This document shows, one piece after another, positions 1 to 14,399 of a stretch of 64,000 nucleotides of DNA; the stretch's first letter is position 1, and each line of letters begins with the position of its first letter. The notes beneath the pieces were generated by a model. The model ran no database searches. It had not been told where the DNA came from and was given only the letters and a program-made list of their open reading frames with translations. The stretch is from Chiloscyllium plagiosum (taxonomy: Eukaryota): the NCBI RefSeq assembly GCF_004010195.1, contig NC_057718.1:12132924-12196923 (forward strand), given 5' to 3'. The translations under genes and the position numbers were made by a program.

Positions 1-932
1 ATGACTTAGATGAGGGAGTTGAAGGGTGGGTCAGTAAATTTGCAGATGATACGAAGATAGGTGGAGTTGTGGACAGTGAGGAGGGCTGTGGCAGGTTACA
101 GCAGGATATAGAGAGGCTGCAGAGCTGGGCAGAAAGGTGGCAAATGTAATTCAATGTAGCTAAGTGTGAGGTGATTCACTTTGTGAAGAATAACAAAAAG
201 ATGGTGTACTGGGCTAATGGTCGGATACTTGGTAGTGTGGATGAGCAGAGGGATCTTGGTGTCCATGTACACAGATCTCTGAAAGTTGCCACCCAGGTAA
301 ATAGTGTGGTGAGGAAGGCATATGGCGTACTGGCTTTTATTGGTAGAGGGATTGAGTTCCGGAGTCCTGGGGTCATGTTGCAGTTGTATAAGACTCTGGT
401 GCGGCTGCATCTGGAATATTGTGTGCAGTTTTGGTTGCCATACTATAGGAAGGATGTGGAGGCACTGGAACGGGTGCAGAGGAGGTTTACCAGGATGTTG
501 CCTGGTATGGAAGGAAGATCGTATGATGAAAGACTGAGACACTTGGGGCTGTTTTCATTAGAGAAAATAAGGTTTAGGGGTGACTTGATTGAGGTGTACA
601 AGATGATTAGGGGGTTAGATAGGGTTGACAGTGTGAACCTTTTCCCGCGTATGGAGTCGGGTATTACAAGGGGGCATAGCTTTAAATTAAGGGGGGGGGG
701 GTAGATATAGGACTGAAGTTAGGGGTAGGTTCTTCACTCAGCGAGTCGTAAGTTCATGGAATGCCCTGCCAGCAGCAGTGGTGGACTCTCCCTCTTTATG
801 GGCATTTAAGCGGGCATTGGATAGGTATATGGAGGATAGTGGGTTAGTATAGGTTAGGTGGGCTTGGATCGGCGGAACATCGAGGGCCAAAGGGCCTGTA
901 CTGCGCTGTATTCTTCTATGTTCTATGTTCTA
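1..932 (+). mobile_element. CR1 LINE 3' end (RT C-terminus and 3' UTR)
   Basis: FADDTK and LYKTLVRLHLEYCVQFW motifs; in-frame stop; (TTCTATG)n tail at 911-932. Confidence 0.92.
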
Positions 933-1040
933 AAATGTTAACTCTGCTTTCTCTCCACAACTGTTGTCAGACCTGCTGAGTTTGTCCAGCAATTTCTGTT
1001 TCTGTTTCAGATTTCCAGCATCTACAGTTCTTTGTTTCAC
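933..1040 (+). mobile_element. Short PLE-type terminal-repeat fragment
   Basis: Same sequence family as the segment downstream of the hammerhead core at 27248 and 14611. Confidence 0.6.
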
Positions 1041-1605
1041 TGACAGAGTATTTCTGCTAACAGTATTTTTTAATCTGTGGACATCAAGTAACATCAATCG
1101 AAATATATAACTTTTTCAGTCAATTGAGCACTATCTTTTAGATACTTGATCTTGATAATTGCTTGAACAGATAGGCTCATGAAATTGTGAATTAGTGTTT
1201 CATTTACCTTCTCCAAAAGCATTTTAAATTGGAACTGACCAAAGACAAGGGAGGTTCTTGAGGAATTGATTATTTATTTAGTCTGTCTCCATTACCTACT
1301 ATGCCACCCCCTTCAACCTGTAACATTTCCCAGTATCCAAGGATCGTCCAAATACTCCAGTTTGTGACATTCTTGACTGGCATTCAGCCAGCTTCAGCAG
1401 TCACGTATGAAATGGAATACAATTTTAACAAGTTTTAGTTGGATTCAGCAAGATCTGCACATTCTTGGGTTACCCCTCACACATGCCGCTGCTCCAAACT
1501 CACAACTACTGAGGCCATTAAATCAACAGTACAGAATTAGTAGGCCATTAAGAAAATTGCAGTCAGTTCAGATAAATAGCCAGGATGCTAAATTGACAAT
1601 ACAGA

Positions 1606-2311
1606 TGTTATGAAGATGTGGGTGAACTGTACTTTTAAGAGAGTTAAAAGCTAGCAGTGATAGCACCAAGTGTTTTCAATAAGCTACAATGTAACATGTG
1701 TTCCAGCTACTGGGGTAGCTAGGGTAGCTGGTTGCCTGGAAATGACGAAACAGATTCGAATTAGGCCAATCAGTTTAAATTATACGCCGAAAAATACCAA
1801 ATTCCAATCCAGTTTGAATTTAGTATATTGACAATCTTAAAAGTCAATGACACAATCCAATGTTTTGGGGGTATAACACCGGGGGAAATTGAACAGTTGA
1901 GAGGGGAACTGCTAAGCCACCAGCATGTAAAAGGACTGCCTGAAAAATAGCTCTCTTAAAGATACCTTTATCAATCAGTAACCTGTGAAGCAGAATCCCC
2001 AAGAAGAAAAGAGAACAGGAATACAGAAAAAAACTGAAAGCTGCCTGGCTTTGAGATAAGAAGTTTTGTTTTGTAAATCTTAATCGGGGGTTTTATCGGA
2101 CTTGTATTATAGAAGGGAAGGTAAAAGATTAGAGGAAGGAGTTGTAAATAATTGTTAGTTAATTATTCTCTGTTATACTTTAAGAAATAAATTGGTAAAT
2201 TTTACTTTAAATAGTTCTTGACCTCCCAAATTTTCACAGATTACGGCCCGGGATAAATCCTTTCTGTGTTGCTGGTTTTTAAGTAAGCAGGAGGTTTTAC
2301 CGCATGTCATA
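1606..2311 (+). mobile_element. LTR, family A (terminal ACA missing)
   Basis: Begins TGTTATGAAG; homologous end to end with the TSD-flanked solo LTR at 54083-54798. Confidence 0.75.
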
Positions 2312-3297
2312 TCTACCTTTTACCTTTCTCTCTATAATACTAGGAGAAAGTGAGGTCTGCAGATGCTGGAGATCAGAGCTGAAAATGTGTTGCTGGAAAA
2401 GCGCAGCAGGTCAGGCAGCATCCAGGGAACAGGAGAATCGACGTTCCGGGCATAAGCCCTTCTTCAGGAATGATGAAAGTTTGTCCAGCAGGCTAAGATA
2501 AAAGGTAGGGAGGAGGGACTTGGGGGAGGGGCGCGGAAATGCGATAGGTGGAAAGAGGTCAAGGTGAGGGTGATAGGTCAGACTGGGGTGGGGGCGGAGA
2601 GGTCTGGAAGAATTTGCAGGTTGTTGAGCCACAGGGTGGTTGGGTTGGTTGGTCCGGGTGTCCCAGAGGTGTTCTCTGAAACGCTCCGCAAGTAGGCGGC
2701 CTGTCTCCCCAATATAGAGGAGGCCACATCGGGTGCAGAGGATGCAATAGCTGATGTGTGTGGAGGTGCAGGTGAATAATTCTCTCTATAATACTAATCC
2801 GATAAAACCCCTGATAAACCCCTGATTAAGATTTACAATACAAAACTCCTTATCTCAAAATCAGGCTGCTTTCAGTTTTTTCTGTATTTCTGTCTTCTTT
2901 TCGTCTTCAAGAGGATCCTGCTTCACAGGTTACTGATCGATAAAGATACTTTTAAGAGAGCTATTTTCAGGCAGTCTTTTTACATGCTGGTGGCTTAGCA
3001 GTTCTTCTCTCAACGGTTCAATTTTCCCCTGCCTTATACCCCCAAAGCATTGGATTGTGTCATTGGTTTTTAGGATTGTCAATATACTAAATTCAGACTG
3101 GATTTGAGTTTGATATTTTCTGGGGTATAATTTAAACTGATTGGCCTAATTTGAATCTGTTTTGTCGTTTCTAGGCTACCCTAGCTACTCCAATAGCTGG
3201 AGCACATGTTACATTGTATCTTATTGAGAGCACTTGGTGCTGTCACTGCTAGCATTTAACTCACTTAAATGTACAGTACACCCACATCATCGTAACA
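2312..3297 (-). mobile_element. Inverted, 3'-truncated LTR of family A, interrupted by a PLE
   Basis: Reverse complement of ~1606-2133; ends TAACA at 3297. Confidence 0.75.
2343..2779 (-). mobile_element. Penelope-like element: GIY-YIG endonuclease fragment and terminal repeat
   Basis: Minus strand reads CTSTHISYCILCTRCGLLYIGETGRLLAERFREH; 17-bp TSD ttctctctataatacta (2326-2342 and 2780-2796); hammerhead-like motif at 2440-2467 with GGAA in place of GAAA. Confidence 0.88.
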
Positions 3298-3766
3298 CAG
3301 TACCTTAACAGTTTGGCAAAACTGGCATTCTGCTACACCATTAACCTGAAGAATTACGTAAGTCTATAAAATAGCAGAATACCATCAAATCCTGGGCTTC
3401 CTCTGAATACAGTTCACCAGAATGCCAACTGTAATATATTCATACTGATGTACAAAGCAACACCAACAAAGAATTATCTTCAAGGAAACATCACCACTCT
3501 ATTCTGAATGATGGCAGTCCAAGATTAGAAGTCAGCCACAATGCTGTTTGGTGGCTGTCAGACTACAAAGTGTCCACATCGTATGCATTAAGGAACATTT
3601 TCCAGCTGCTGGCAAATCATTCGTGTTATGTTAATAATTTATATTGCAAAATATTAACATGAACTGTGTTAATACAGTCCAAAATGGGCATCTGTTTGTA
3701 AAGAACATCTTCCCACCACACCCGCTAGTTAGCTATAATATTTGTTGCAGCCACGTAGATAACGTT

Positions 3767-4070
3767 TTAGAACAAAGAAAAGAAAATTTACAGCCTAGGA
3801 AAAGCCCCATCGGCCCTCCAAACCTGAGCCAATCTAAATCTACTATCTAAACCTGTCACCCAATTCCTAAGCAGATGTATCCCTCTGCTCCCCACCTACT
3901 CATGCATCTGTCCAGACGCATCTTAAATGAATCTACCGTGCCTGCCTCTACCACCTCTGCTGGCAACGCGTTCCAGACACCCACCACCTTCTGTGTAAAG
4001 TACTTGCCACATGTATCCCCCTTAAACTTTTCACCTCTCACCTTGAAAGCATGACCTCTCGTTATTGAAT
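3767..4070 (-). mobile_element. CR1 3' end, same family as the 19.7-24.6 kb element
   Basis: TRGHAFKVRGEKFKGD...WNALP motif; tail matches 24545-24565. Confidence 0.85.
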
Positions 4071-4723
4071 AGTTCAGTGTTTCTATTTTGTTTTGAAATC
4101 CCTGGATAAATTCCAACAGGCACTAATAGGTGTCCATAAGTAGCCTCTGCTCCTTTCGTGAATTATTCCTCCAGACAAAGGAAACTCTATTTTATTTTGT
4201 CATTGAATACCCAAAGATTCAGTTTAGGAGGGAAACAAACTTATGATTTAAGAACATTCAATAAGATCTACCTTGGGCCTTTCCAAGAAGCTATTTTAGA
4301 TCAGCCTGGTTTAAGAAGATACAAATACAAAAATAGGAGCAAGAGGTGACCTTACAATGTTTTGGACCTGCTCAACTATTCGGTAAGATTAAGGCTGATC
4401 TTCAAACTCAATTCCACTCTACAGCTTCCTCAAACTTCGCTTGAGAAAATAATCCAGCAATCTCAATTATTAATAAGCTCAATTCACAGCCTTCAGAGGT
4501 AGAGAATTCCAAAGATTCACAACCTTGTGAATGGAGATATTTGTCCCCTAAATGGATCACAGATCCATTAACTTCGGTCTATGATCACTAACTCTGGGTT
4601 TGGCAGGGGAAACAGCCTGTTAACATCTACAATGTCAAGCCCTTTAAGAATTTTACACATTTCAATTAGATCAGCATTCATCCAATGAACCTCTATTCAA
4701 TTTCCTGTCTCCTTTCTTCATTG

Positions 4724-7350
4724 CCAGTGTGTTTCAGTAAGAACAGGGAAGGTGGTAAAAGAGGGGGAGGTGTGGCATTGTTAGTCAAGGACAGTATTAT
4801 GGTGGCAGAAGGGACGTTTGATGAGGACTCATCTACTGAGGTAGTGTGGGCTGAGGTTAGAAACAGGAAAGAAGAGGTCACCCTTCTGGGAGTTTCTATA
4901 GGTCTCCGAAAAATTCCAGAGATGTAGAGGAAAGGGTTGCAAAGATCATTCTGGATAGGAGCGAAAGTGACAGGGTAGTTGTTATGGGGACTTTAACGTA
5001 CCAAATATTGACTGGAAGCGCTATAGTTCGAGTACTTCAGATGGGTCAGTTTTTGTCCAATGTGTGCCAGGAGGGTTTCCTGACACAGTATGTAAATAGG
5101 CTAACAAGAGGCAAAGCCACATTGGATTTGGCACTGTGTGATGAACCCAGCCAAGTGTTAGATTTGGAGGTAGGTGAGCACTTTGGTGATAGTGACCACA
5201 ATTTGGTATTATTTATTTTAGCGACGGAAAGAGATAGATACATATCGCAGAGCTAGAATTATAGCTGGGGGAAGGGCAATTATGGTGTGATGAGGCATGA
5301 TTTAGGATGCACAGGATGGGAAAGGAAATGGCAGGGAATGGGCACAATTGAAATGTGGAGCTTGTTCAAGGAACAGCCACTGAGTGTCCTTGATAAGTAT
5401 GTCGGGAGGCAAGGAGGAAGTGGTCGAGTGAGGGAGCCATGGTTTGCTAAAGAAGTTGAATCTCTTGTCAAGAGGAAGAAGGAGACTTATATAAAGATGA
5501 GACGTGAAGGCTCAGTTGGGGCGCTTGCGAGTTAATTATTAGCTAGGAAGGACCTAAAGAGAGAGGTAAGAAGAGCCAGGAGAGGACATGAGAAGGATCA
5601 AGGAAAACCCAAAAGCTTTCTATAGGTTTGTCAGGAATAAAAGAATAATTAGAGTAAGATGAGGGCCAGTCAAGGATAGTAGTGGGAAGTTGTGCGTGGA
5701 GTCTGAGGAGATAGGAGAGGAGCTAAGTGAATATTTTTTGTCAGTATTCACATTGGAAAAAGGCAGTTTTGTCAAGGAGAATACTGAGATGCAGACTATT
5801 AGACTATATAGGATTAAGGTTCATAAGGAGGAGGTGCTAGTAATTCTGGAAAATGTGAAAATAGATAAGTCCCCTGGGTTGGATGGGATTTATTGGATTC
5901 TCTGGAAGCTTGGGAGGAGACTGCAGAACCTTTGGCTTTGATCTTTATGTCATCATTATCTAGAGGAATAGTGCCAGAAGACTGCAAGATAGCAAATATT
6001 GTCCCCTTGTTCAAGAAGGGGAGTAGAGACAACCCTGGAAATTAGAGACCAGTGAGTCTTACTTCTGTTGTGGGTAAAATGTTGGTAAGGATTAGAAGAG
6101 ATAGGGTTTATAATCTTCTAGAAAGGAATAATTTGATCAGGGATAGTCAACACTGTTTTGTGAAGGATAGGTCGTGCCTCACAAATCTCATTGATTTCTT
6201 TGAGAAGGTGACCAAACAGGTGGATGAGGATAAAGTGGTTGGATGGTATTAGTAAAGCTTTTGATAAGGTTCCCCACGGTATGCTATTTCAGAAAGTACG
6301 GAGGCATGGGATTGAAGATAACTTAGCAGTTTTGATCAGAAATTGGCTGGCTGAAAGAAGACAGAGGGTAGTGGTTGATGGGAAATATTCATCCTGAAGT
6401 TTAGTTACTAGTGGTGTACTGCAAGGATCTGTTTTGGAGCCACTGCTGTGTATCATTTTTATAAGGGCTGGATGAGGGCTTAGAAGGATGGGTTAGTACA
6501 TTTGCTGATGTCACTAAGGTCGGTGGAGTTGTGGACAGTGCTGAAGGATGTTGCAAGTTACAGAGGGACATAGATAAACTATAGAGCTAGGCTGAGAGGT
6601 GGCAAATGGAGTTTCATAACGGAAAAGTGTGAGGTGTTTCATTTGAAAGGAGTAACAGGAATAAAGAGTACTGGGCTCATGGTAAGGTTCTTGGCAGTGT
6701 GGATGAGCAGAGAGATCTCGGTGTCCTTGTGCATAGATTCCTGAAAGTTGCCACCTGAGTTGTTAGGGTTGTTAAGAAGGCATATGGTGTATTAGCTTTT
6801 ATTGGTAGAGGGACTGAGTTTTGGAACCATGCAGTCATGTTGCAGCTGTACAAAACTCTGATGCGGTCGCACTTGGAGTATTGCGTACAGTTCTGTTCGC
6901 CACATTATAGGAAGGATGTGGAAGCATTGGAAAGGGTGCACAGGAAAGTTACCAGGATGTTGCTTGGTATGGAGAGAAGGTCTTGTGAGGAAAGGCTAAG
7001 AGACTTGAGAATGTTTTCATTAGAGAGAAGAAAGTCAAGAGGTGACTTAATAGAGACATACAAGATGATCAGAGGATTAGATAGGGTGGATAGTGAGAGC
7101 CTTTTTCCTTAGATGGTGATGGCTAGCACAAGGGGACATAGCTTTAAATTGAGGGGTGATAGATATAGGACAGATGTCAGAGGTAGTTTCTTTACTCAGA
7201 GAGTCGTAAGTGCGTGGAACGCCCTACCTGCAACAGTAGTAGACTTGCCAACTTCAAGGGCATTAAATGCTCATTGGATAAATGGGCTTCAGGTTGGTGC
7301 AACATCAAGGGCCGAAGGGCCTGTACTGCACTGTAACGTGTTATGTTTTA
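4724..7350 (+). mobile_element. CR1 LINE ORF2 (endonuclease and RT), degenerate
   Basis: GGGVALLVK, GDSDHN, KSPGLDGI, SCLTNL and HLEYCVQF motifs across broken ORFs. Confidence 0.92.
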
Positions 7351-7514
7351 TGTTAATATGCATCCTTCTCATGTGGTCTCCTTAACCTATTTCTCCACAG
7401 CTTTGACATTGAATTAGAGTGCAATAGAAACAACCTGAGTTAGTAAGTCAACCTCTGAATGCATCTCACTCTGATTTAGTTTTTGTAATTTACATATACT
7501 AATACTTATGGACA

Positions 7515-7702
7515 TAAGTTTGCTCACTGAGCTGGAAGGTTTGTTTTCAGACATTTCGTCACTACGATGTTCACCACCCTGATGGCTCACTGATGATGTT
7601 ACCTAACATGGTGGCAAAACATCTGCAAACAAACCTTCCAGCTCAGCGAGCAAACTTACATCCAGACCTCAACCTGAGCTACAAACCTTCTCAAAACTCA
7701 CT
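7515..7702 (+). mobile_element. PLE terminal repeat with an inverted 5' piece and a degenerate hammerhead
   Basis: ~7516-7560 is the reverse complement of ~7612-7657; CTGATGA at 7590 followed by AAAA-CATC; related to the 3' end of the PLE at 25 kb. Confidence 0.7.
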
Positions 7703-8529
7703 AATATTTATTTTAGAAGTTGGATTTTGAATTGGAGACACATGGATTTTGGTTTAGGTGTATGAGGTAGTTTAATAATTAACTAGTTAGTCTTTCAGGA
7801 AACATAATTTTAAACCAATATGTGAGAGACAGCACCTCCTGGAATAATAATGTGAATTTGTTTGCATTGTGAGAGTTTTACAATCAAAGAAAGCAAACAG
7901 TGGAAAGCATTAATACACTTTCAGTTTAAAAGAATCAGAAATGGATTTTTTTTGTTCAGGGGAAAGACCTGAAAGATTTTGGCTTCAGTCCACAAAACAT
8001 CTAGTTGAGGGTAGGGTAAGAACAGTATTTCATGGAGAAAGAAATAGGTCAAGAATAGTTAAGAAATGGATTACTTCAATGTAAGGGCTTTAATTTGAAA
8101 ATTTCATACTACAAATATTTGGTTGGAATGCTGAAAGGATTATTTGAAGCTAAGAAAGTTTAAACTCAGTTGGATAGCTAATCAAGGAAAAGGCTATCAA
8201 ACTCTCAGGAATGGGAAAACAACACCGTTAAGTCAAACTTACAGATGTGATACAGAAAGGAACTGTCTCTGGCATTTGAATACTGTAAAGTGATGGGGAT
8301 TGAGATAGATAGGATTTTACTTTACCATATATTTTGAAAACCTTGAATTTGTGTTATATTTAAATAGTTTGTATTATTTTATTTCACATTTAGCTCTTTC
8401 ATGTCATAAATTTCCATTTCATTATTAAAACCAAATCTGCAGCAGTGCATGCTTATGTTTCAGTGAAAGATCGGCATGTTATATATTAAATAAAAATGAT
8501 CCATCAAGCAAGATATCTCACCAAGACGT

Positions 8530-8785
8530 CTTAGACAACACCATCCAACCCCATGATCTCTACAACCTAGAACAACATGGGCAGCAGATGCATGAAATAC
8601 CATGAAACTATTTTGCTTTTCATTGATTGTCACAGGGCCAAATCCCTCTCTAATAACACTGTGTCTAGACCTAATCCACACTGAGCACAATGCTTTAAGA
8701 AGGCAGCTTGCCACCATTTTCTCCAAGGGCAGTTATGGAAGGACATAAATGCTGGCCTAGTTAGTGACACCCACATCCCATGAAT
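8530..8785 (+). mobile_element. 3' end of the tRNA-headed LINE family
   Basis: Tail cataaatgctggcctag...cccacatcccatgaat is shared with ~14810 and ~45300. Confidence 0.6.
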
Positions 8786-8837
8786 AAATTAAGACTAATA
8801 TTAGGCATATTAGTTCCAAAACGTAATTTCTCTCTAT

Positions 8838-10250
8838 GTTATAGAGTCATAGAAATGTACAGCATGGAAACAGACCCTTCAGTCCAACCCATCCAGGCCG
8901 ACCAGATATCCCAACGCAATCTAGTCCCACCTGCCAGCACCTGGTCCATATCCCTCAAAACCCTTCCTATTCATATACCCATTCAAATGCCTCTTAAATG
9001 TCGCAATTGTACCAGCCTCCACCACTTCCTCTAGCAGCTCATTCCATATACGTACCACTCTCTGTGTGAAAAAGTTGCCCCTTAGGTCTCTTTTATATCT
9101 TTCCCCTCTCACCCTAAACCTATGCCCTCTAGTTCTGGACTCCCCACCTCAGGGAAAAGACTTTGCCTATTTACCCTATCCATAATTTTATAAACCTCTA
9201 TAAGGTCACCCCTCAGCCTCCAATGCCCTGCAATCACTTCTTTAGCTTCCCACAGAGTTCTAGGGTACACCTGATCAGGTCCTGGGGATTTATCCACCTT
9301 TACCCGTTTACCGTTTTAAGAATCTGGACATTTTGCAAGACGTCACCATCTATTTCCCTACAGTCTATATCTTCTATATCCTTTTCCACAGAAAATACTG
9401 ATGCAAAATACTCATTTAGTATCTCGCCCATTTTCTGCGGCTCCACACAAAGACCGCCTTGCTGATCTTTGAGGGGTTCTATTCTCTCTCTAGTTACCCT
9501 TTTGTCCTTAATGTATTTGCAAAAACTCTTTGGATCCTCCTTAATTCTTTTTGCCAAAGCTATCTCATGTCCCCTTTTTGCACTCCTGATTTCCCTCTTA
9601 AGTATACTCCTCCTTCATTTATACTCTTCTAAGGATTCACTCGATCTATCCTGTCTATACCTGACATATGCTTCCTTCTTTCTCTTAACCAAACCCTCAA
9701 TATCTTTAGTCATCCAGAATTCCCTATACCTACCAGCCTTCCCTTTCACCCGAACAGGAATATACTTTCTCTGGATTCTCGTTATCTCATTCCTGAAGGC
9801 TTCCCATTTTCCAACCGTCCCTTTATCTGCGAACATCTGCTCCCAATCAGCTTTCGAAAGTTCTTGCCTAATACCATCAAAATTGGCCTTTCTCCAATTT
9901 AGAACTTCAACTTTTAGATCTGGTCTATCCTTTTCCATCATTATTTTAAATCTAATAGAATTATGGTCACTGGCCCCAAAGTGCTTCCCCACTGAGATCT
10001 CAGTCACCTGCCCTGCCTTATTTCCCAAACGTAGGTCACGTTTTGCACCTTCTCTAGTAGGTACATCCACATACTGAATCACAAATGTTTCTTGTACATA
10101 CTTAACAAATTTCTCACCATCTAAACCCTTAATACTATGGCAGTCCCAGTCTATGTTTGGAAAGTTAAAATCCCCTATCATAACCACCCTATTATTCTTA
10201 CAGATAACTGCAATCTCCTTACAAGTTTGTTTCTCAATTTCCCTTTGACT
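8838..10250 (-). mobile_element. CR1 LINE, internally deleted (endonuclease region joined to the 3' end)
   Basis: GDFNFPNIDW, ASDHN, KSPGPD and RGNFFTQRVV motifs on the minus strand. Confidence 0.9.
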
Positions 10251-10344
10251 ATCTCATGCTTAGAGTATCATATTTTGATGCCAAAAGTATTTTTGCTCAG
10301 ATACTCAATTTTCACAGAGATCAGAAGTTCCACTGAAATTCATT

Positions 10345-11435
10345 GACTACATCTCCGCCTTCGACACCATAATCTCTACCAGACTAATTTCAAAACTTTG
10401 AGACCTAGGTCTTGGCTCTGCCCTCTGTAACTGGATTGGCAGCTTCCTGGCTCAGAGACCGCAATCAGTGAAGATAGATAACAAGGCCTCCTCCACAATA
10501 ATCCTCAACAATAGCACTCTGCAAGAACGTGTTTTCAGCCCCCTACTGTACTTGTTGTACACCCAAGACTTTGTGGCCAAATTCTGTGTGAACATCAAGT
10601 TTGCTGATAACACCACCATGTTGGGCGAATATCAAACAATGATGAGTTAGAATACAGGAAGGAAATAGAGTGCTTGGTGTTATGGTGCAATGGCAATTTC
10701 TCTCTCAATGTAAGCAAAACAAAAGAATGATCATTGACATCAGGAAGAAAGGAGGAGGACATGCCTCGATCTACATCAATGGAGCCGAGGTCGAGAGGGT
10801 CGAGAGCATCAACTTCCTAGGAGTGATGATAATCTTCAATCTGTTCCGGACCTCCCATGCAGATGCAACAGTCAAGAAGGCACAACAATGCCTCTTCTTC
10901 ATGAGGCAGCTTGGGAAATTCCGCATGTCTGTAAGCACCCTCACCAACTTCTACAGATGCACCAAAGAAAGCATTTTATCCAGGTGCATAAGAGCCTGGC
11001 ACGGCAACTGTTCTGTCCAGGACCGTAATAAACTGCAGAAAGTTGTGTGCAAATCCCAGACCATCATGGACACCAACATCCCAGCCATGGATTCCATTTA
11101 CACTTCTTGTGGTGGAAAGGCTGCCAACATCATCAAAGACCCTTCCCACCCCAGTAATGCTCACTTCCAATCTCTTCCGGTAGAAGATACAAAAGCTTGA
11201 ACACACGCTCCTACAGATTCAAGAACAGCTTCTTCTCTGCTGTTATTAGACTGCAAAATGGACTTCTCTAACTTCAAACAACGTTGATCTTGCTAATGTT
11301 GATCTAGTTTTGTGCACCTCCTGTGCAGCTGTCTAAGCACCTTTGATCTGCATGTCCTTGTTTGCTATGATCTGCCTGTACTGCTCACAAAACAAAGATT
11401 TTCACTCTAATTAGTTCCATGTGACAACAATAAAT
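10345..11435 (+). mobile_element. Rex1/Babar-type LINE 3' portion
   Basis: KFADNTT and KKAQQCLFFMRQL...LTNFYRCTKESIL...AWHGNC; tail catgtgacaacaataaat. Confidence 0.75.
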
Positions 11436-11719
11436 TAATTCCAGCATTAAGATACCCTGGGAGTCTAAACTTGAAATCTAAGAAACTACTTTGTGATTTT
11501 CCGATGGGACTGGATGCCTAATAGTCTCAGACAAAGACAGATGGTATGTTTGATTATATAGTGATTTATCTTGTAAATACAACTAAACATATCTTTTCCT
11601 TTGGCTATACAGTCATAACATTGGTCTTGACACTTTAGAGATCAATTTTGTAACACCTAAATCTCTACCTCTTTTAGACCAGAAGATCATAAGCAAAACT
11701 TTGGCAATTTTTGGCAAAT

Positions 11720-12990
11720 GAGCAAAATTTGGCCATTCACCTAATCCACCATTCAATCAAGGCTGATACGTTTCTCAACCCCATTCTCCTGCTTCTCCCC
11801 ATAACCCTTGTTCCCGTTACTAATCAAGAATCTATCTACCTCTGTCTTGAATACATTCAATGACTTCAACTCCACAGCTTCTGCAGCAATGAGATTACAG
11901 ATTCATCACTTCATGCTGAAGAAATTCCTTGTTATCTCAGTTCTAAAGGGTCATCCCTTCACTCTGAAGCTGTGCCCATGCATAGTGATCTCTCATTTCC
12001 AAGTCCTCTATATCTAGGCCTTTCAATACTCTGTAAGTTTCAATAAGATCCCTCCTTTTCCTTTTAAACTCCATCAAGTACACAGCAAGAACCCTGAAAT
12101 GCACCTCAAATGACAATACCTTCACCCCTTCATCATCATTCTTGCAGACCTCCTCCAACACCCGCACACCCTTCCTTAGATGCAGGGCCCAAAACTGCTC
12201 ACAATATTCCACATGTGGTCTGACCAGAGTCTTATATAGCCTCAGCAGTACATTTCTGCTCTTGTATTCTAGCCTTCTTGAAATGAATGCTAACATTTCA
12301 TTGTCTTCCTAACTGCCAACTGAACCTGCAAATTAACCTTAAAAGAATCCTAAACTATGACTCTTAAGTACCTTTGTGTTTCAGATTTCTGAAGTCTTTC
12401 CTCACTTAGAAAACTGTTCACACCTTCCTACAAAACTGCATAATTTCACATTTTCCCACATTATATTCCTAATGTCATTTTTGTGCCCACTCTCCTACCT
12501 TGTCTAAATCCTTCTGCAGCATGCTCGCTTCCTCAACACTACCAGTCCCTCCATCTATCTTTGTGTCATCTGCAAACTTAGCAGCAATGCCCTCAGTTCC
12601 TTCAACCAGATCATCAATACTGACTAGCTGTGATCCCAAAACGGTCCCTTGCGGAACTCCAATAGTCACCAGCTTCGATTCTGAAAAAGCCTCTTTATCT
12701 CTTTTCTCTGCCTTCTGCCAGTCAGGCAATCCTCTATCCACGCCAGTACCTTGTCACTAACACCATAGACTCTTATTTAGCAGCCTTGTGTGCAGCACCT
12801 TGTCAAAGGCATTCTGGAAATCCAAACAGATCACATCCAATGGCTCTCCTTTGTCTAACTTTCTCATTATCTCCTCAAAGAATTCTAACAGATCAGTTAG
12901 GCATGACCTTCCCTTGACGACGCCATGCCATTCAGCCTTATTTTGTCATGTACTCAAGTATTCTGCAATCTCATCGTTCAGCATTGGACA
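11720..12990 (-). mobile_element. CR1 LINE RT and 3' fragment
   Basis: GVPQGTVLG, KFADDTK and LYKTLVRPHVEYCEQFW motifs. Confidence 0.88.
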
Positions 12991-13753
12991 TGCCCATGGG
13001 CATAACACTAGATTTTCTTGAGTTACACATTATATTGCAAAGATTTATTAATGAAAACAGTAAATAGCAAAGATCCTAACACTGATCTCTGTGGGACCTC
13101 TCTTCAAGCATATCCACATTCATCAACAACATCTTCCTTCATGACAATGCTTAACTAAGTGCCCCGCCTTACCACTAATTTAACAAACCTCATAGGGTAA
13201 CCTCTTCTGTTATATCTGATCAAAAGTTTTATGAAAGTCCAATTAGACAACATCTACAATTTTCCCCTCATCCACTCTCCTGTAGACCTTTCCAAAACCT
13301 AATTATAACTGCCTGACTCACCAGTATTTTTGCATTTTATAATTGCATCTTTTGTCAATGCTCTGTATTTGCAAATTTCCATTGATTTCTTTAATTTCAG
13401 GTAATTTATTTGTTACTCCTATCACATATTGAAACCTGAGTTGCCCTCAATAAATAAGAGCTTACAAGTTTTGCAGTTTTGCAGTTCACAATATAACTCA
13501 CAAGATGGTGCTGCATTTCTACAGTTCTACAGTTAAGTTCCTTCAAGTTTTTATGATGCAATTTTTCTCTTTGTTAATTAACTTATATATATTTAATAAG
13601 TAAGAAATATACCTGCAATGAATTGTCAAATGGACAATAAAATTTGAACTGAAAGAAAAACGTGTTTTTTGCCTTAAACCAACAGGCGAAAGGTATGTTT
13701 TTAGCTTAAGGTGTGCTGTCCAGCATAGAAACACCACCCATTCACCAATACTA

Positions 13754-13945
<192 letters not shown>

Positions 13946-14399
13946 CTAAGAGTAAACATAGAAACAGACAGATGTATTTCTGTGTCTCAGGGATAGAAAA
14001 TAAGAAACATAGTTTGTTTGGTTTAACCTATTTTGTTAAGTGGGTTAGATGTTTTGTGGTGTGAACATTTAAACTGTACTATTCTAAAACAGGGTAAAAG
14101 GTCTACTGAATTCATCTATTTAACTGGAAAGTTAATTTATACTTTTAATAGTTTATTTATTTTGACTGGCAACTTCACCTTGGCGTGGAAGACCAAATAT
14201 GACTGGAAATGGGTTGGCTTTATGTCCTGAGGGACTTGTTGGATTTTATTCATCGACAATAACTTGAAGCATTCTACTTCATGGCGTTAAAGCAGATAGG
14301 AAACAGTATTACGAAAATACATATAATTCAATTTTTCTCAATGCAAGGGCAATCTTATATATTACCTAACCCAACTAAATGAATACTAAATTGTATAAC

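Noticed and set aside
9469..10077. 202-aa hydrophobic ORF on the plus strand
   Set aside because: Antisense shadow of CR1 ORF2.
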